64,000 nt of DNA from Minisyncoccota bacterium (GTDB taxonomy: Bacteria > Patescibacteriota > Minisyncoccia > Phycocordibacterales > UBA9973), in the NCBI GenBank assembly GCA_041664605.1, contig JBAYKO010000001.1:83586-147585 (forward strand). Direction: 5' to 3'. The position numbers and the translations under genes are program-made. This document shows positions 38,600 through 48,698 of this stretch, piece after piece (positions within the stretch are counted from its first letter, which is position 1; every line of letters begins with the position of its first letter). Below the pieces are notes generated by a model, which worked only from the letters and a program-made list of their open reading frames with translations, did not search any database and was not told the origin of the DNA.

Positions 38600-39319
38600 T
38601 TATTTTCCACTCACAATTACTACAAATTCTCCCTTTATTTTGTCTTTATTGTTTTTAAAGTAATTTTCTACCTCAGAAACTGTTCCGTATTTAACCTGCT
38701 CAAACATTTTTGTTAGTTCCCTACCAATAACAATTTTTCTATTTTCATCTAAATGTTTTCTTAAAGATTCGAGTGCCTTCATTATTCTATGTGTTGATTC
38801 ATAAAAAACTACTGTTCTTTTTGATTCTGTTATTTCTTTAAATGCTGTTTCCCTCCCTTTTTTATTTGGTAAAAATCCCAAAAACAGAAATTCTGAAGAT
38901 AAAATTCCACTAGCTGAAAGTGCCGTTATTAATGCGCTCGGCCCAGGAATTGGAATTATTTCAACTTCCCCGCCTGCACCAGCTATGCCAGAAGCATTGC
39001 GGGCAGGTTCACCAAATTTTTCTCTTACTTGTTGAATGATTAATACACCTGGATCGGATATGCACGGTGTACCTGCATCTGAAACCAGAGCTAAGTCCTG
39101 TTTCTCTAAAAGTTTAAGAATGTAGGAAACCTTTTCTGTTTTACTGTGTTGGTGATAACTTAAGGTTGGAGTATTTATTTGGTAATGATTTAAAAGCTTT
39201 TTTGTCGTTCGAGTATCTTCACATAAAATCAAACTAACTTCCTTTAAAGTTCGAATAGCTCGAAGACTCATATCTTCTAAATTCCCTATTGGTGTGGCTA
39301 CTACATAAAATTTTGACAT
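38600..39319 (-). CDS. rsmI: 16S rRNA C1402 2'-O-methyltransferase
   Basis: YVVATPIGNLED, CEDTR, LVSDAGTPCISDPG, RELTK; in-frame palindromic insert at 38969-39007. Confidence 0.95.
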   Translation of the reverse strand: MSKFYVVATPIGNLEDMSLRAIRTLKEVSLILCEDTRTTKKLLNHYQINTPTLSYHQHSKTEKVSYILKLLEKQDLALVSDAGTPCISDPGVLIIQQVREKFGEPARNASGIAGAGGEVEIIPIPGPSALITALSASGILSSEFLFLGFLPNKKGRETAFKEITESKRTVVFYESTHRIMKALESLRKHLDENRKIVIGRELTKMFEQVKYGTVSEVENYFKNNKDKIKGEFVVIVSGK

Positions 39320-39388
39320 TATTTTATTATTAATTTTATATAATAAATTATATATTAAATCCATATTTTCTGCTATAATCAAAATATT

Positions 39389-39808
39389 GTGATGAAAAAG
39401 ATTTTAAATTTTTTCGATAAATTAGAAGATAAAATAAGAGCAAAATTAAGTAAGAAACCAATTCTTTACTCCCTAATTGGTGGAGCTTGTATAGTTTTAT
39501 TCTGGAGAGGTATTTGGATGACAGCCGACATGTTCTCTTTTATGAATGGCCCTGTTTCTATAATAATCAGCGTCATTATTCTTCTTGCTACAGGGCTTTT
39601 TGTTTCCTTTTTTATTGGAGACGTAATTTTAATTTCTGGGCTTAAAAAAGAAAAAAAAATAGCTGAAAAAACAGAAGGGGAAATCGAAACAGAAATGGAT
39701 ATATTAAAAGAAACAGAGGAAGAAATTGATACAGAAATGGACGTATTGAAAGAAATAAAAATAGATATTAAGAAAATCAAGAAAGATATAGAAGAAATAA
39801 AAAGATAA
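39389..39808 (+). CDS. Membrane protein with a coiled-coil tail
   Basis: Two TM segments (VLFWRGIW), acidic repeat EIETEMD/EIDTEMD. Confidence 0.75.
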   Translation: MMKKILNFFDKLEDKIRAKLSKKPILYSLIGGACIVLFWRGIWMTADMFSFMNGPVSIIISVIILLATGLFVSFFIGDVILISGLKKEKKIAEKTEGEIETEMDILKETEEEIDTEMDVLKEIKIDIKKIKKDIEEIKR

Positions 39809-39908
39809 AAAACAGAAATTCTAGGGTTTTAATTTAAAATTTTTTTATTGACAATATATTAAATAAAATATATTCTGAAATTAGAAAAAGATCTTTATTA
39901 CAGACATT

Positions 39909-40091
39909 ATGCCAGAAGAAATTTTAATTGAACCTGAAAATCCTCTACAATATGCTTTATTTTTAGCAAGAGTAGAAGCTTTTAGAAAAGCTTGGATTCC
40001 TGATAACTTACGAAAAAAATACAGTTTTGTAATAGATAAAAAAAATCTACAAACTGTAATAATAGATAAGGAAAAATCACCACAACGGTGA
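39909..40091 (+). CDS. Orphan cassette ORF, 60 aa
   Basis: Promoter TTGACA(39848)-N17-TATTCT-N6-AGAAA; stop lies in the terminator hairpin. Confidence 0.6.
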   Translation: MPEEILIEPENPLQYALFLARVEAFRKAWIPDNLRKKYSFVIDKKNLQTVIIDKEKSPQR

Positions 40092-40102
40092 TTTTTTAAT
40101 TG

Positions 40103-40174
40103 TGCGTGTGGTAGGAATCGGACCTACGACCTCTGTCTTATCAGGACAGCGTTCTACCACTGAACTACACACGC
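40103..40174 (-). tRNA. tRNA-Ile(GAT)
   Basis: Cloverleaf GCGTGTG...CACACGC-A; anticodon arm CTGTC-CTGATAA-GACAG; CCA not encoded. Confidence 0.92.
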
Positions 40175-40267
40175 AAATAATAACCTTTAAAATATATCAA
40201 AAAAAACCTCATATAGCAACAAAAATCCCCCCGACCTAAGTCGGGAGGGTTTTTGTTTTAGAGATTA

Positions 40268-40552
40268 TTATGATCGATATGATCTTTGTGGTCTGTTCTC
40301 TCTGCTTTCCATTGGACGAGCCTCATTTACGACAAGATTTCTCCCCTCGTATTCCTTTCCATTGAAAGTTGAGATTGCCTTTTCAGCATCCTCATCTGCC
40401 ATTTCAACGAAACCGAAACCTTTACTGCGACCTGACATCTTGTCCATAATAATGATTGCTGATTCTACTGAACCAGCTTCAGCGAAAAGATTTTTTAAAT
40501 CATCTTCTCTGATGGTGTAAGGTAAATTCCCTACATACAATTTTTTTGCCAT
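40268..40552 (-). CDS. RRM RNA-binding protein
   Basis: KLYVGNL (RNP2), KGFGFVEM (RNP1). Confidence 0.95.
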   Translation of the reverse strand: MAKKLYVGNLPYTIREDDLKNLFAEAGSVESAIIIMDKMSGRSKGFGFVEMADEDAEKAISTFNGKEYEGRNLVVNEARPMESRENRPQRSYRS

Positions 40553-40818
40553 AATGACAATTTACACTTTGCAAAACTTTAACTAAATATAGAATTGCAA
40601 ATTTCTAACTAATCTCGACTGACTGTCGAGAACCTCCGACTTTTGGTCGGAGAACTAATAATTGTAATTACCGAGGCTTTGGCTCTTCAAACTTATCCGC
40701 TAAGCGGAACCGATGGAAAACAAAACACAAGAAAACTACTGTGTAAAGTCTACCATAGTAGAAGAATAAAGTAAACAAGCCAAACAAAAACCCACCTATT
40801 ATAAAGATAAGTGGGGTT

Positions 40819-41277
40819 TTAAAATGGCAAATCATCATGTTTGTCAGATAATTTTTTAGATTTTTTAAGTTTTAAAAGATCCACCTCTTTTTCATTATTA
40901 AAGATAATAGACCTTCCGTCATAGGCACCTTCATTACCTTGTCCCCTCTCTTTTAAAGAAACAGTGGCTTGAAATTTACCAAAATGCTCTTCTGTGTGGT
41001 AATCTATATGGTCAAGTTTTATAAAAATTAACATGTGATCATGATTTTTATAACGAACTGCCTCTTTCCCCCAAAGATGATGGTCTTCATATCCAACAAA
41101 TTCTAAAAAGGGTGGATTCTTAAATTCATCCCAAAACCATTTAGGGTATACCCACTCTGAGGGAATAATTTTATCAATTACTCCAGAATACCATCTTCCC
41201 TTGAAATCAGGTTTTAGCAATAAAAAACACTTAACCTTGTCTCCGTGTTTAAAGATTCTCCTTTTTGATTTTTTCAT
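40819..41277 (-). CDS. Orphan cassette ORF, 152 aa
   Basis: Promoter TTGACA(41333-41338)-N17-TATTCT-N6-AGAAA; ends DDLPF. Confidence 0.7.
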   Translation of the reverse strand: MKKSKRRIFKHGDKVKCFLLLKPDFKGRWYSGVIDKIIPSEWVYPKWFWDEFKNPPFLEFVGYEDHHLWGKEAVRYKNHDHMLIFIKLDHIDYHTEEHFGKFQATVSLKERGQGNEGAYDGRSIIFNNEKEVDLLKLKKSKKLSDKHDDLPF

Positions 41278-41341
41278 CAGAACTCTTTCTAAATATAATT
41301 TCTGTAGTAAGAATATTATACTTATTGTGAGTTGTCAATTC

Positions 41342-42316
41342 TTATTCTTCGTCATTAGATTCTCCCACTACTCCAGAATTCAATGATTCAATTATTTTTT
41401 CTATATTTCCTTCCATAATACTGTATATATTTGACCAAGATTGTTTAATTCTATGGTCTGTTACCCTATCTTGAGGAAAGTTATAAGTACGGATTTTTTC
41501 TGACCTATCAGCTGTCCCAATTTGATTTTTTCTCTCACCTGCATATTTTTTTGCTTCTTCCTCGTCTTTCATCATTTGAAGTTTAGAAGTCAAAATAGAC
41601 ATAGCCTTTTCTCTATTTTTTAACTGGCTTCGCTCTGATGTAGATCTAACATCTATCCCTGTAGGTTTATGAATAATTCTGACCGCTGTTTCAACTTTAT
41701 TAACATTTTGACCACCTGCTCCACCCGATCTAGAATATTCCAATTCAATATCCACGGGATTGATTTCAATTGTTGTTCTTTTTTTAATCGGAAGAACAGC
41801 AATAGATGCAGTTGAGGTATGAATTCTTCCATTTTTTTCTGTCGCTGGAATTCTTTGAATTCTATGAACACCAGTTTCAAATCTAAAATTTTTGTATGCG
41901 TCTTTACCATGAATTTCAAACACCCCTTCTTTATATCCCCCAACAGGACTTTTTGATTCATAAATTAGTGCCCAAGACCAACCTAATTTTTCGGCAAATC
42001 TTTTATACATTTCAGCTAATTCAAAAGCAAAAAGAGATGCTTCGTCTCCACCAGCACCAGCCCTAACTTCAAGGATTATTTCATTTGGAAATTCTTCTTC
42101 CTCCTTATCTCCCTTTAAAATTTCTTCAATTTGTCTCTCAATAGATTCTTTTTGTGTTCTTATATTTCCTATTTCTTCTTCTGCAAGATCATTTAGAGTC
42201 GGGTCTTTTTCTACCATTTCTTTTATGTTAGTTTCTTCCTTTTCCAAATTTTCATAATTCTCAGCTAAATAGCTTGTTTTATGATTCTTTTTTAATTCGT
42301 CTATATTTATACTCAT
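41342..42316 (-). CDS. prfA: Peptide chain release factor 1
   Basis: [23 protein letters not shown] (PxT), [18 protein letters not shown]; start MSINI. Confidence 0.95.
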   Translation of the reverse strand: MSINIDELKKNHKTSYLAENYENLEKEETNIKEMVEKDPTLNDLAEEEIGNIRTQKESIERQIEEILKGDKEEEEFPNEIILEVRAGAGGDEASLFAFELAEMYKRFAEKLGWSWALIYESKSPVGGYKEGVFEIHGKDAYKNFRFETGVHRIQRIPATEKNGRIHTSTASIAVLPIKKRTTIEINPVDIELEYSRSGGAGGQNVNKVETAVRIIHKPTGIDVRSTSERSQLKNREKAMSILTSKLQMMKDEEEAKKYAGERKNQIGTADRSEKIRTYNFPQDRVTDHRIKQSWSNIYSIMEGNIEKIIESLNSGVVGESNDEE

Positions 42317-42436
42317 CCCGTTAGAAATAGGAAATCTAAAGATTCCCGTATTTAAATTATTGTTTAATAAACTTATTAATGCTGTTTTTAATTTTACTTT
42401 AATTCCCATATAGAAATTGAAAGATTTCTAACGGGA
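42316..42436 (-). mobile_element. Start-codon-targeted TIR mini-element, 121 bp, at prfA
   Basis: aTGAG|TCCCGTTAGAAAT...ATTTCTAACGGGA|TGAG; perfect 13-bp TIR and 4-bp direct repeat. Confidence 0.88.
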
Positions 42437-42523
42437 CTCATGGTTTAATTTTATAACTAAGTAAATAAAAAAGAAACCAAAAATTGGTTTCTTTTTTACC
42501 GGGCGAAGGCCCGCTTACTTTAT

Positions 42524-42760
42524 CTATTTTTTTACTTTCTTTGTTTTCTTAACTACAACTGCACCTTCTTTTCTTTTTTTAAATCTCTCAACTCTTCCTG
42601 CAGTATCTAATAGTTTTTCTCCACCAGTATAAAACGGATGACAATTACTACAGATTTCTACTTCTATAACAGGCATAGTAGAACCAACTTCATACTCTTT
42701 TCCGCATGAACATTTAGCTTTTGCTTTTGAATGATATGTTGGGTGTGTGTCTTTTTTCAT
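42524..42760 (-). CDS. rpmE: 50S ribosomal protein L31
   Basis: [29 protein letters not shown]. Confidence 0.97.
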   Translation of the reverse strand: MKKDTHPTYHSKAKAKCSCGKEYEVGSTMPVIEVEICSNCHPFYTGGEKLLDTAGRVERFKKRKEGAVVVKKTKKVKK

Positions 42761-42784
42761 AGTCCTTCTAATCTATCAAATATT

Positions 42785-44155
42785 TTATAATTGGTCAATC
42801 TTAGGCTGAATTGTATTATTTGCAATACTTAAAACGCTTCTTGCATAAGTCTGACCACTTTTTGATTTCCAGTTACCTCCAGCGTAATATTTCGCTGCAG
42901 CCCTTGATTCTGCTGTATAACCACCCTCGTCAGCCCCTAATTCAGCTAAATAGATAGCTGATGCCATAAAAGCATCTTTTGGACTCCATGGATTTGGCGT
43001 AGTAGAAATTCCTAAAGCTTTTTGTATCTTAGACTCATAAAGTTCCCATGTTGATGGAATAAATTGAGCTGGTCCCATAGCACCACCATACCCAATACTT
43101 TGAGGGCAAGAGATCTTTGTACCATAAGGATCTAAGTTCAAAACTTTTGTAATTGCAAGAAATGGTCTTACATCTCTATCTGGTTTCATAACCTTTGAAA
43201 GAGTCGCTCCAGTTGTAGTTCTAATTCCTGAACCTGTAGTACTATTTTTCAACAAACATGTCCCAACATTTTTTCCAAGATTAGTTTCTTGAGTTAAAAT
43301 TGCCAAAAGAAAAGCAGGCCTAACATTTGTTTGTTTGTATATAAAATTTGCATAATCAAGTGCTGTTCCAAAAGAAATTTGAGTAGAACTATTATTTAAA
43401 GAAAATAAAGCATTTTTTATTTGTTCTGCCCTTTTTGCTCTTTCACTTAATATTGTTTGGAATTCTTTTTCTTTGTTTTTACTTATTCCGAGTAATGAAT
43501 TTTTTTCTTTTTCTTGAATTTGGATTTGCTTTTGTTGATTTTCTAAATCATTTTTTACATCAATTTCTTTTTCTTGTTTTTGTTTTAGTGCATCTTTTTC
43601 TTTTTCAGCTACCGTTTTATTTTCCCTTATTTGATCAACTGAATATTTTATTGATTCATTTATTGAAGCAAAAGAATCTAAATCTGAATAAAAAGCAGAA
43701 ACACTCTCACTACTTAGAACCAAGTGAAGAATGTTTTGATTGTCTATTTCATTCGTTTTTCTTATTAATTGAGAAAGAGAATCTTTTTCTCTTCCAATTT
43801 TTTCCACAAGAGTATTTATAGTTTGAACCTTCTCTGTTATTTCTCCACCTAATTTTTTAATTGTCAGATTTTTTGCTTTAATATTCAGCTTTGTAGTATT
43901 TATTTTTGAAGTTAGTTTACTTATTTCTTCTTGAATAGTTTTTGATTGGCCTTTTTGATTAGCAAGTTCTGCTTGTTTTTGTGCTATTTCTTGTTCAAGT
44001 TGAGCTAATTCTTGTTCGAGTTTTTGTCTCTCTGATTGAGCGTTGGTCAAATCAGAACTTTGAGCAAAAATCTTTACAGGAGAAAAAGCGAAAGTAAAAG
44101 TGAAGACACTTAAAACTATTATTAACAAAAGGATATTTTTAAAAGAATTTTTCAT
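42785..44155 (-). CDS. Coiled-coil protein with a lytic transglycosylase-like domain
   Basis: Signal peptide, coiled coil, AILTQET, GAMGPAQFIPSTW. Confidence 0.85.
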   Translation of the reverse strand: MKNSFKNILLLIIVLSVFTFTFAFSPVKIFAQSSDLTNAQSERQKLEQELAQLEQEIAQKQAELANQKGQSKTIQEEISKLTSKINTTKLNIKAKNLTIKKLGGEITEKVQTINTLVEKIGREKDSLSQLIRKTNEIDNQNILHLVLSSESVSAFYSDLDSFASINESIKYSVDQIRENKTVAEKEKDALKQKQEKEIDVKNDLENQQKQIQIQEKEKNSLLGISKNKEKEFQTILSERAKRAEQIKNALFSLNNSSTQISFGTALDYANFIYKQTNVRPAFLLAILTQETNLGKNVGTCLLKNSTTGSGIRTTTGATLSKVMKPDRDVRPFLAITKVLNLDPYGTKISCPQSIGYGGAMGPAQFIPSTWELYESKIQKALGISTTPNPWSPKDAFMASAIYLAELGADEGGYTAESRAAAKYYAGGNWKSKSGQTYARSVLSIANNTIQPKIDQL

Positions 44156-44190
44156 TAGAGATAAATTTAGTATCGCAAAAAGTAAAATTA

Positions 44191-44832
44191 TTAAGCTTCA
44201 GGTGTTGTTCCCTCATCTTCTTTCTTGCCTTTCTTTTCTACTTCAATGGCAGATATATCAACAGGAACAATTTCTTCCTCTTTTTCTTCTTTCATTTGTC
44301 CTATCATAACCACAACATCGTCCTTGTCTGTAATCATTGTAACACCAGAAGGTAAAATAACATCTTTTGCTAAAATTTGATCATCCAGGTTTTCTAATGT
44401 AGAAATATCAACTTTAATTTCATGAGGAAGATCTTTTGGAAGAGCTTCAACCTGAACTTCGTGTAAAACCTTAACTAATATTCCTAAACCATTCTTAATA
44501 GCAGGTGAAATTCCAGTAAAATCTAGGGAAACCTCAACTTCGACAGGTTTATTAATATCTATAACTAAAAAGTCTATATGAATTGGCAAATTAGAAATAG
44601 GATCAACTTGAACATCATGAATTAGTGTTTCAATTTTTCCACTTTCTGACTCTAGGGTTATTGTTGAAGATTCCCCTGCTTCTTTCCATATTTTATCAAA
44701 TTCTATTTTATTAATTGATATAGAGGTTGTTTTTTTGTCTGACCCGTAAAAAACAGCCGGTATTTGACCGCTTTTTCTTAAGAATTCTAAATTTTCTTTA
44801 GTATCTCTCTTTTTTGCTTGTAATTTAAACAT
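44191..44832 (-). CDS. rplY: 50S ribosomal protein L25/Ctc
   Basis: LRKSGQIPAVFYG, HIDF, P.DLPHEI.VD. Confidence 0.95.
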   Translation of the reverse strand: MFKLQAKKRDTKENLEFLRKSGQIPAVFYGSDKKTTSISINKIEFDKIWKEAGESSTITLESESGKIETLIHDVQVDPISNLPIHIDFLVIDINKPVEVEVSLDFTGISPAIKNGLGILVKVLHEVQVEALPKDLPHEIKVDISTLENLDDQILAKDVILPSGVTMITDKDDVVVMIGQMKEEKEEEIVPVDISAIEVEKKGKKEDEGTTPEA

Positions 44833-44926
44833 ATGAGTTAATTATATATAAAAAGCCTTAAAAGTCAAAGTCAAATTTACCCCATTAGGTATAGCAAAAG
44901 CCCCATTGCTGGGGCTTGAAACTAAA

Positions 44927-45472
44927 TTACTTTTTTCCAGATATAATTAAAAGTTTTTCAACCAAATCTGGTCTATCTTTCTTTCCTCCATTAGATTTTA
45001 ATTCATGTAAGATTATTGGGTTCTTAAGGACATTACCATCAATATCTTTAACTGAAAGCAACAACAACATTGATAATACAAGGCTGTCGTTTTCTATTAA
45101 TTTATCAGAAGTAAATATGGTATTTTCTTTGTAATGATTTTCACCAGTACGAACGTAAAGTTGAAACCATTTTTTTCTTTCTGAGTCAGCAAACTTCATA
45201 CTGTTGCTGACTAAATAATCCCAATTTTTAGATGTATCAATATCAGCTTTGAATCTGTAAACACCGTCTTCAGATTGTTCCCAAATACTTACAACAAGAC
45301 TTCCAACGTTATCATAAGCATTTACTATCCTATTTTTTTGCCTTGATATTGGCGCACAGGTAAAATTGCCGTTTATTGCAAATTCTTTATCAATAGCACT
45401 TGTGTAAGAAACCTTAATAGTTTGAATTCCAAAATAATCAAACATTTTTACTTTAATAATTTCTTCTTCCAT
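44927..45472 (-). CDS. Orphan cassette ORF, 181 aa
   Basis: Promoter TTGACA(45527-45532)-N17-TATCTT-N6-AGAAA; terminator ~44896-44917. Confidence 0.7.
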   Translation of the reverse strand: MEEEIIKVKMFDYFGIQTIKVSYTSAIDKEFAINGNFTCAPISRQKNRIVNAYDNVGSLVVSIWEQSEDGVYRFKADIDTSKNWDYLVSNSMKFADSERKKWFQLYVRTGENHYKENTIFTSDKLIENDSLVLSMLLLLSVKDIDGNVLKNPIILHELKSNGGKKDRPDLVEKLLIISGKK

Positions 45473-45591
45473 ATTTGTAAAATAACTAATTATTTCTGCT
45501 CAAAAGATACCAAATTATAACTTTTTTGTCAACACCTAAAAATCACCATAAAATATGTTTACAAATTATTAAATCAAATACAATATGATTA

Positions 45592-46377
45592 TTAAAATTT
45601 ATTTTTTCTTAAAGAATCTTGTTTTCTTCTAAAATCTGAATGTGCAGAATAAATACTTATATTATCAAAATTTTCTGGTTGAGCTACTGGTAATTTTCGA
45701 GCAAAATCATCCCATATAATTTTCCATTTTTCTAAAGTAACAGGGTTGCTAGTGGAAGGATGAATATCAACTGAAGTTCTGTCATCTTGATTAAAAACAG
45801 ATATTTTAAAACCTTTTTCTTTAAAATATTCTAGTAACTGGTATGGTAAATTTATATTTTTATTATAAACATCAATAAATTGATCACGATCACTTTTCTC
45901 CCTAAAACCAGATTGGAATGTTTTATATCCTTTTTGAGCTAAAAGAAAAACCGCATCTCTTACTTGTATCTCTAATCCATCCTTATATACTCCTAGTTCA
46001 TATTCTTCATTAGTTGCAAGAGGATTATTGATTTCTCTCCTCTCTTCTCTTCTAGAGGTTTCCATTCTTTCAAAAATCTTTTGATTATGTTCAATAAAAT
46101 ATGTTTTATTTTCAAACAATTTTGATCTTTTTTCTATTTTTTTATTGATTTCATTTTCATTTAATCCACTAAACACGACTGATAATTCTTTATTAAGTAC
46201 TTCTAAATCAGAATAGTAAGCAAGAATATATTTTTTTAACAAACTTTTTTCATCTAAATATTTTTTTGCAAAACCAAAATATAGATCCTGAATTTTCTTA
46301 ACAGTGTTTGCTATATTATTCTCACTCTCTAAATTAGACTGACCAATTTTCAATTTAATGTTTTCTTTATTTACCAT
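45592..46377 (-). CDS. Hypothetical protein
   Basis: 261-aa ORF; LE.QVRDAV..L..KGY.T..SG motif of unassigned function. Confidence 0.7.
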   Translation of the reverse strand: MVNKENIKLKIGQSNLESENNIANTVKKIQDLYFGFAKKYLDEKSLLKKYILAYYSDLEVLNKELSVVFSGLNENEINKKIEKRSKLFENKTYFIEHNQKIFERMETSRREERREINNPLATNEEYELGVYKDGLEIQVRDAVFLLAQKGYKTFQSGFREKSDRDQFIDVYNKNINLPYQLLEYFKEKGFKISVFNQDDRTSVDIHPSTSNPVTLEKWKIIWDDFARKLPVAQPENFDNISIYSAHSDFRRKQDSLRKNKF

Positions 46378-46402
46378 ATCATTAGCGAATTATTGATCAT
46401 AA

Positions 46403-47458
46403 TTAAACCATATCTTTGTTCACACTTGAAACATTTAAACCTGCTACATTGTTCATTAACCATATCAATTCTTCTTTGCTAAGAGTTTGCAGAAGTTGTT
46501 GTATCGCATAATTCCCTATAATCACTTCATCTTCAATCATTTTCCAAAAAGTTTCTTCAGTAAAATCTTCTGTTGAAGCATCATATATCCCATGTTCCTT
46601 AAGTAAATATTTTAATTCATTCATTCTTGCTTGAATTTCAGTTGGGTCATTCAAATATTCACTGCCACTATTAGCCATTTCGTTAAAAATAAATACGGTA
46701 AATGATTTTAGATTTTCACCAGACTGGTCCGCATCATGAGAAAATTCATGTGTTGAAACTGAATTAGTACCATAATTTAAGAAATCTGCTCTTATTTTTG
46801 TAGTATCACCATCAATATCATAAGAACCTAAAACTGTTCCACCTTCTAATAAACTTATGTCTTCTATACTGTCGACTACATAAATTTTCCCATTACTTAA
46901 TGAGTAAAGACGATAGTTAATTTCTTTTTCAATATCTTCTATTTCACTTATTGGAATATTAGAAGTATCTGGATCTGGTAATAATTCTGCTAACCTTTCT
47001 GTATCATCAGGGTTTGTTTCAATTCTTAAAGTATCATCGTCTTTATAATCTTTATTTTCACTTGGTTTTGAATTAGCTAAATAATTATTATAAATTTCTG
47101 GGTAATTATGACTTCTTAAATATTCTTTTGTAAGTCTTTCTTTAAACTTTGGAGATTGAATATAATCTTTAAACCACGATCTTTGTTCTTCAATCATTTT
47201 TTCAATATTTTCTTTTTTTGAACTATCAATATTTACTTGCCATTCTATTTTATGTTTATCTTCTAAAACACCACTTTTATTAAATCGCTGATTGTCATTA
47301 TCTTGTGCATGAGCTTGCCCAAAACCAATCATTGTAGACACAATAATAATCTTTAAAATTTTTTTTATCTGTTCCGGTGATCCCTCTAATATTTTTTTAA
47401 ATATATAACTTTTGTTTTGGGCTTTTTCTATTTTGTTAAAGTTGTTTAAATTTTTCAT
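46403..47458 (-). CDS. Hypothetical protein with a zincin-like HExxH motif
   Basis: THEFSH ... YL.DPTEIQAR. Confidence 0.65.
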   Translation of the reverse strand: MKNLNNFNKIEKAQNKSYIFKKILEGSPEQIKKILKIIIVSTMIGFGQAHAQDNDNQRFNKSGVLEDKHKIEWQVNIDSSKKENIEKMIEEQRSWFKDYIQSPKFKERLTKEYLRSHNYPEIYNNYLANSKPSENKDYKDDDTLRIETNPDDTERLAELLPDPDTSNIPISEIEDIEKEINYRLYSLSNGKIYVVDSIEDISLLEGGTVLGSYDIDGDTTKIRADFLNYGTNSVSTHEFSHDADQSGENLKSFTVFIFNEMANSGSEYLNDPTEIQARMNELKYLLKEHGIYDASTEDFTEETFWKMIEDEVIIGNYAIQQLLQTLSKEELIWLMNNVAGLNVSSVNKDMV

Positions 47459-47462
47459 ATTT

Positions 47463-47795
47463 TTACTCCCAGAAAATTAAGACTAAAGAAAATACTCCTA
47501 GTATCATTCCAATTATTTGAATTTTATTTGTCGTCTCACTGTAAAAATAAAGACCAATAATCAAAGCTAAGATAGCGGAAGCGATGGAAAAAATAATCGC
47601 TCCACGGGCAAGACCTGAGCCAGTTTTAATACTCCAAAGCCAAAAAATATTAGCAATAATATAGCCTGAAATTGCCAAGACCCAAAAATACCAATGACCT
47701 TTAAGTGAATACTCTTTAGCTAAAATATCAGCAATACTTTCAAATATTATTAAAAAAATTAAAGGAATTATCCAAAACATTTTATTTGATTCCAT
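47463..47795 (-). CDS. SMR/DMT-family small 4-TM transporter-like protein
   Basis: 110 aa, four TM segments, Glu in TM1. Confidence 0.65.
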   Translation of the reverse strand: MESNKMFWIIPLIFLIIFESIADILAKEYSLKGHWYFWVLAISGYIIANIFWLWSIKTGSGLARGAIIFSIASAILALIIGLYFYSETTNKIQIIGMILGVFSLVLIFWE

Positions 47796-48645
47796 TAAAC
47801 AATTTTAATCTGGCTTCGACAACTTTTTCTATCTCTTCAACTGATTTTTTTTCTAATTTATATGGCGCAATTTCTTCAGGGTTCTCTTTTAGTGATTCTT
47901 CAAGTCCTTTTCTAAAAGCCACTCTTATTTCTGTGTTGATATGGATTATTGAAATTCCGGCCTCAATTGCTTTTATAAAATCTTCATCTGTTATTCCAGA
48001 TCCACCATGTAAAACAAGTGGTACTCCACACTCAACCCTGATTTGTTTTATTCTTTCAATATTCAAGCTCGGATTTGGCATATCTTTAAACATTCCATGA
48101 ATATTACCCACTGACGGGGAAAACAAATCCACACCAGTTTCTTCCACATATTTTTTTGCATCTTCGGGTGTAGTAAAAGTCTCAGGAGAAATACCTTCTG
48201 GAATTTTATCTAACATTTTTGATGAAGTCCCAATATAACCAAGTTCTCCTTCAACTAATATGTTTGGGTTGATACTTTTTGCATACAGAACACATTGTTT
48301 TGTAATTTTGATATTTTCTTCAATTGGTAATTTTGCTCCATCAAAAATAACTGCATCATAACCAGCATCGATTACTGCTTTTACAGATTCAAAACTATAG
48401 TGATGGTCGGCATTTAAAAATATTGGATAATTATCTTTCTCCCGAATTTCTTTAATTAAAGCTACTGCTTCATTTTTTCCAAAAAATTCTTCCTCTCCTT
48501 CTGAAAGTCCAATAATCACTGGTAAATTTAATTTTTTCGCCACTTGATAGATTCCATGCAAGGCTTCTAAGTTTGAAATATTAAAATGTCCAATGGCTTT
48601 ATGGTTTTTATCAGCTTCCAATATATACTCTTTTAAAGTTTTCAT
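47782..48645 (-). CDS. fba: Class II fructose-bisphosphate aldolase
   Basis: NADH, VEGELG, GNIHG, LVLHGGSG, INTE. Confidence 0.93.
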   Translation of the reverse strand: MKTLKEYILEADKNHKAIGHFNISNLEALHGIYQVAKKLNLPVIIGLSEGEEEFFGKNEAVALIKEIREKDNYPIFLNADHHYSFESVKAVIDAGYDAVIFDGAKLPIEENIKITKQCVLYAKSINPNILVEGELGYIGTSSKMLDKIPEGISPETFTTPEDAKKYVEETGVDLFSPSVGNIHGMFKDMPNPSLNIERIKQIRVECGVPLVLHGGSGITDEDFIKAIEAGISIIHINTEIRVAFRKGLEESLKENPEEIAPYKLEKKSVEEIEKVVEARLKLFNGIK

Positions 48646-48698
48646 ACATCTAATTATAACATATTGAAGTTCTTTAATTTATTTAAATATGATAAAAT

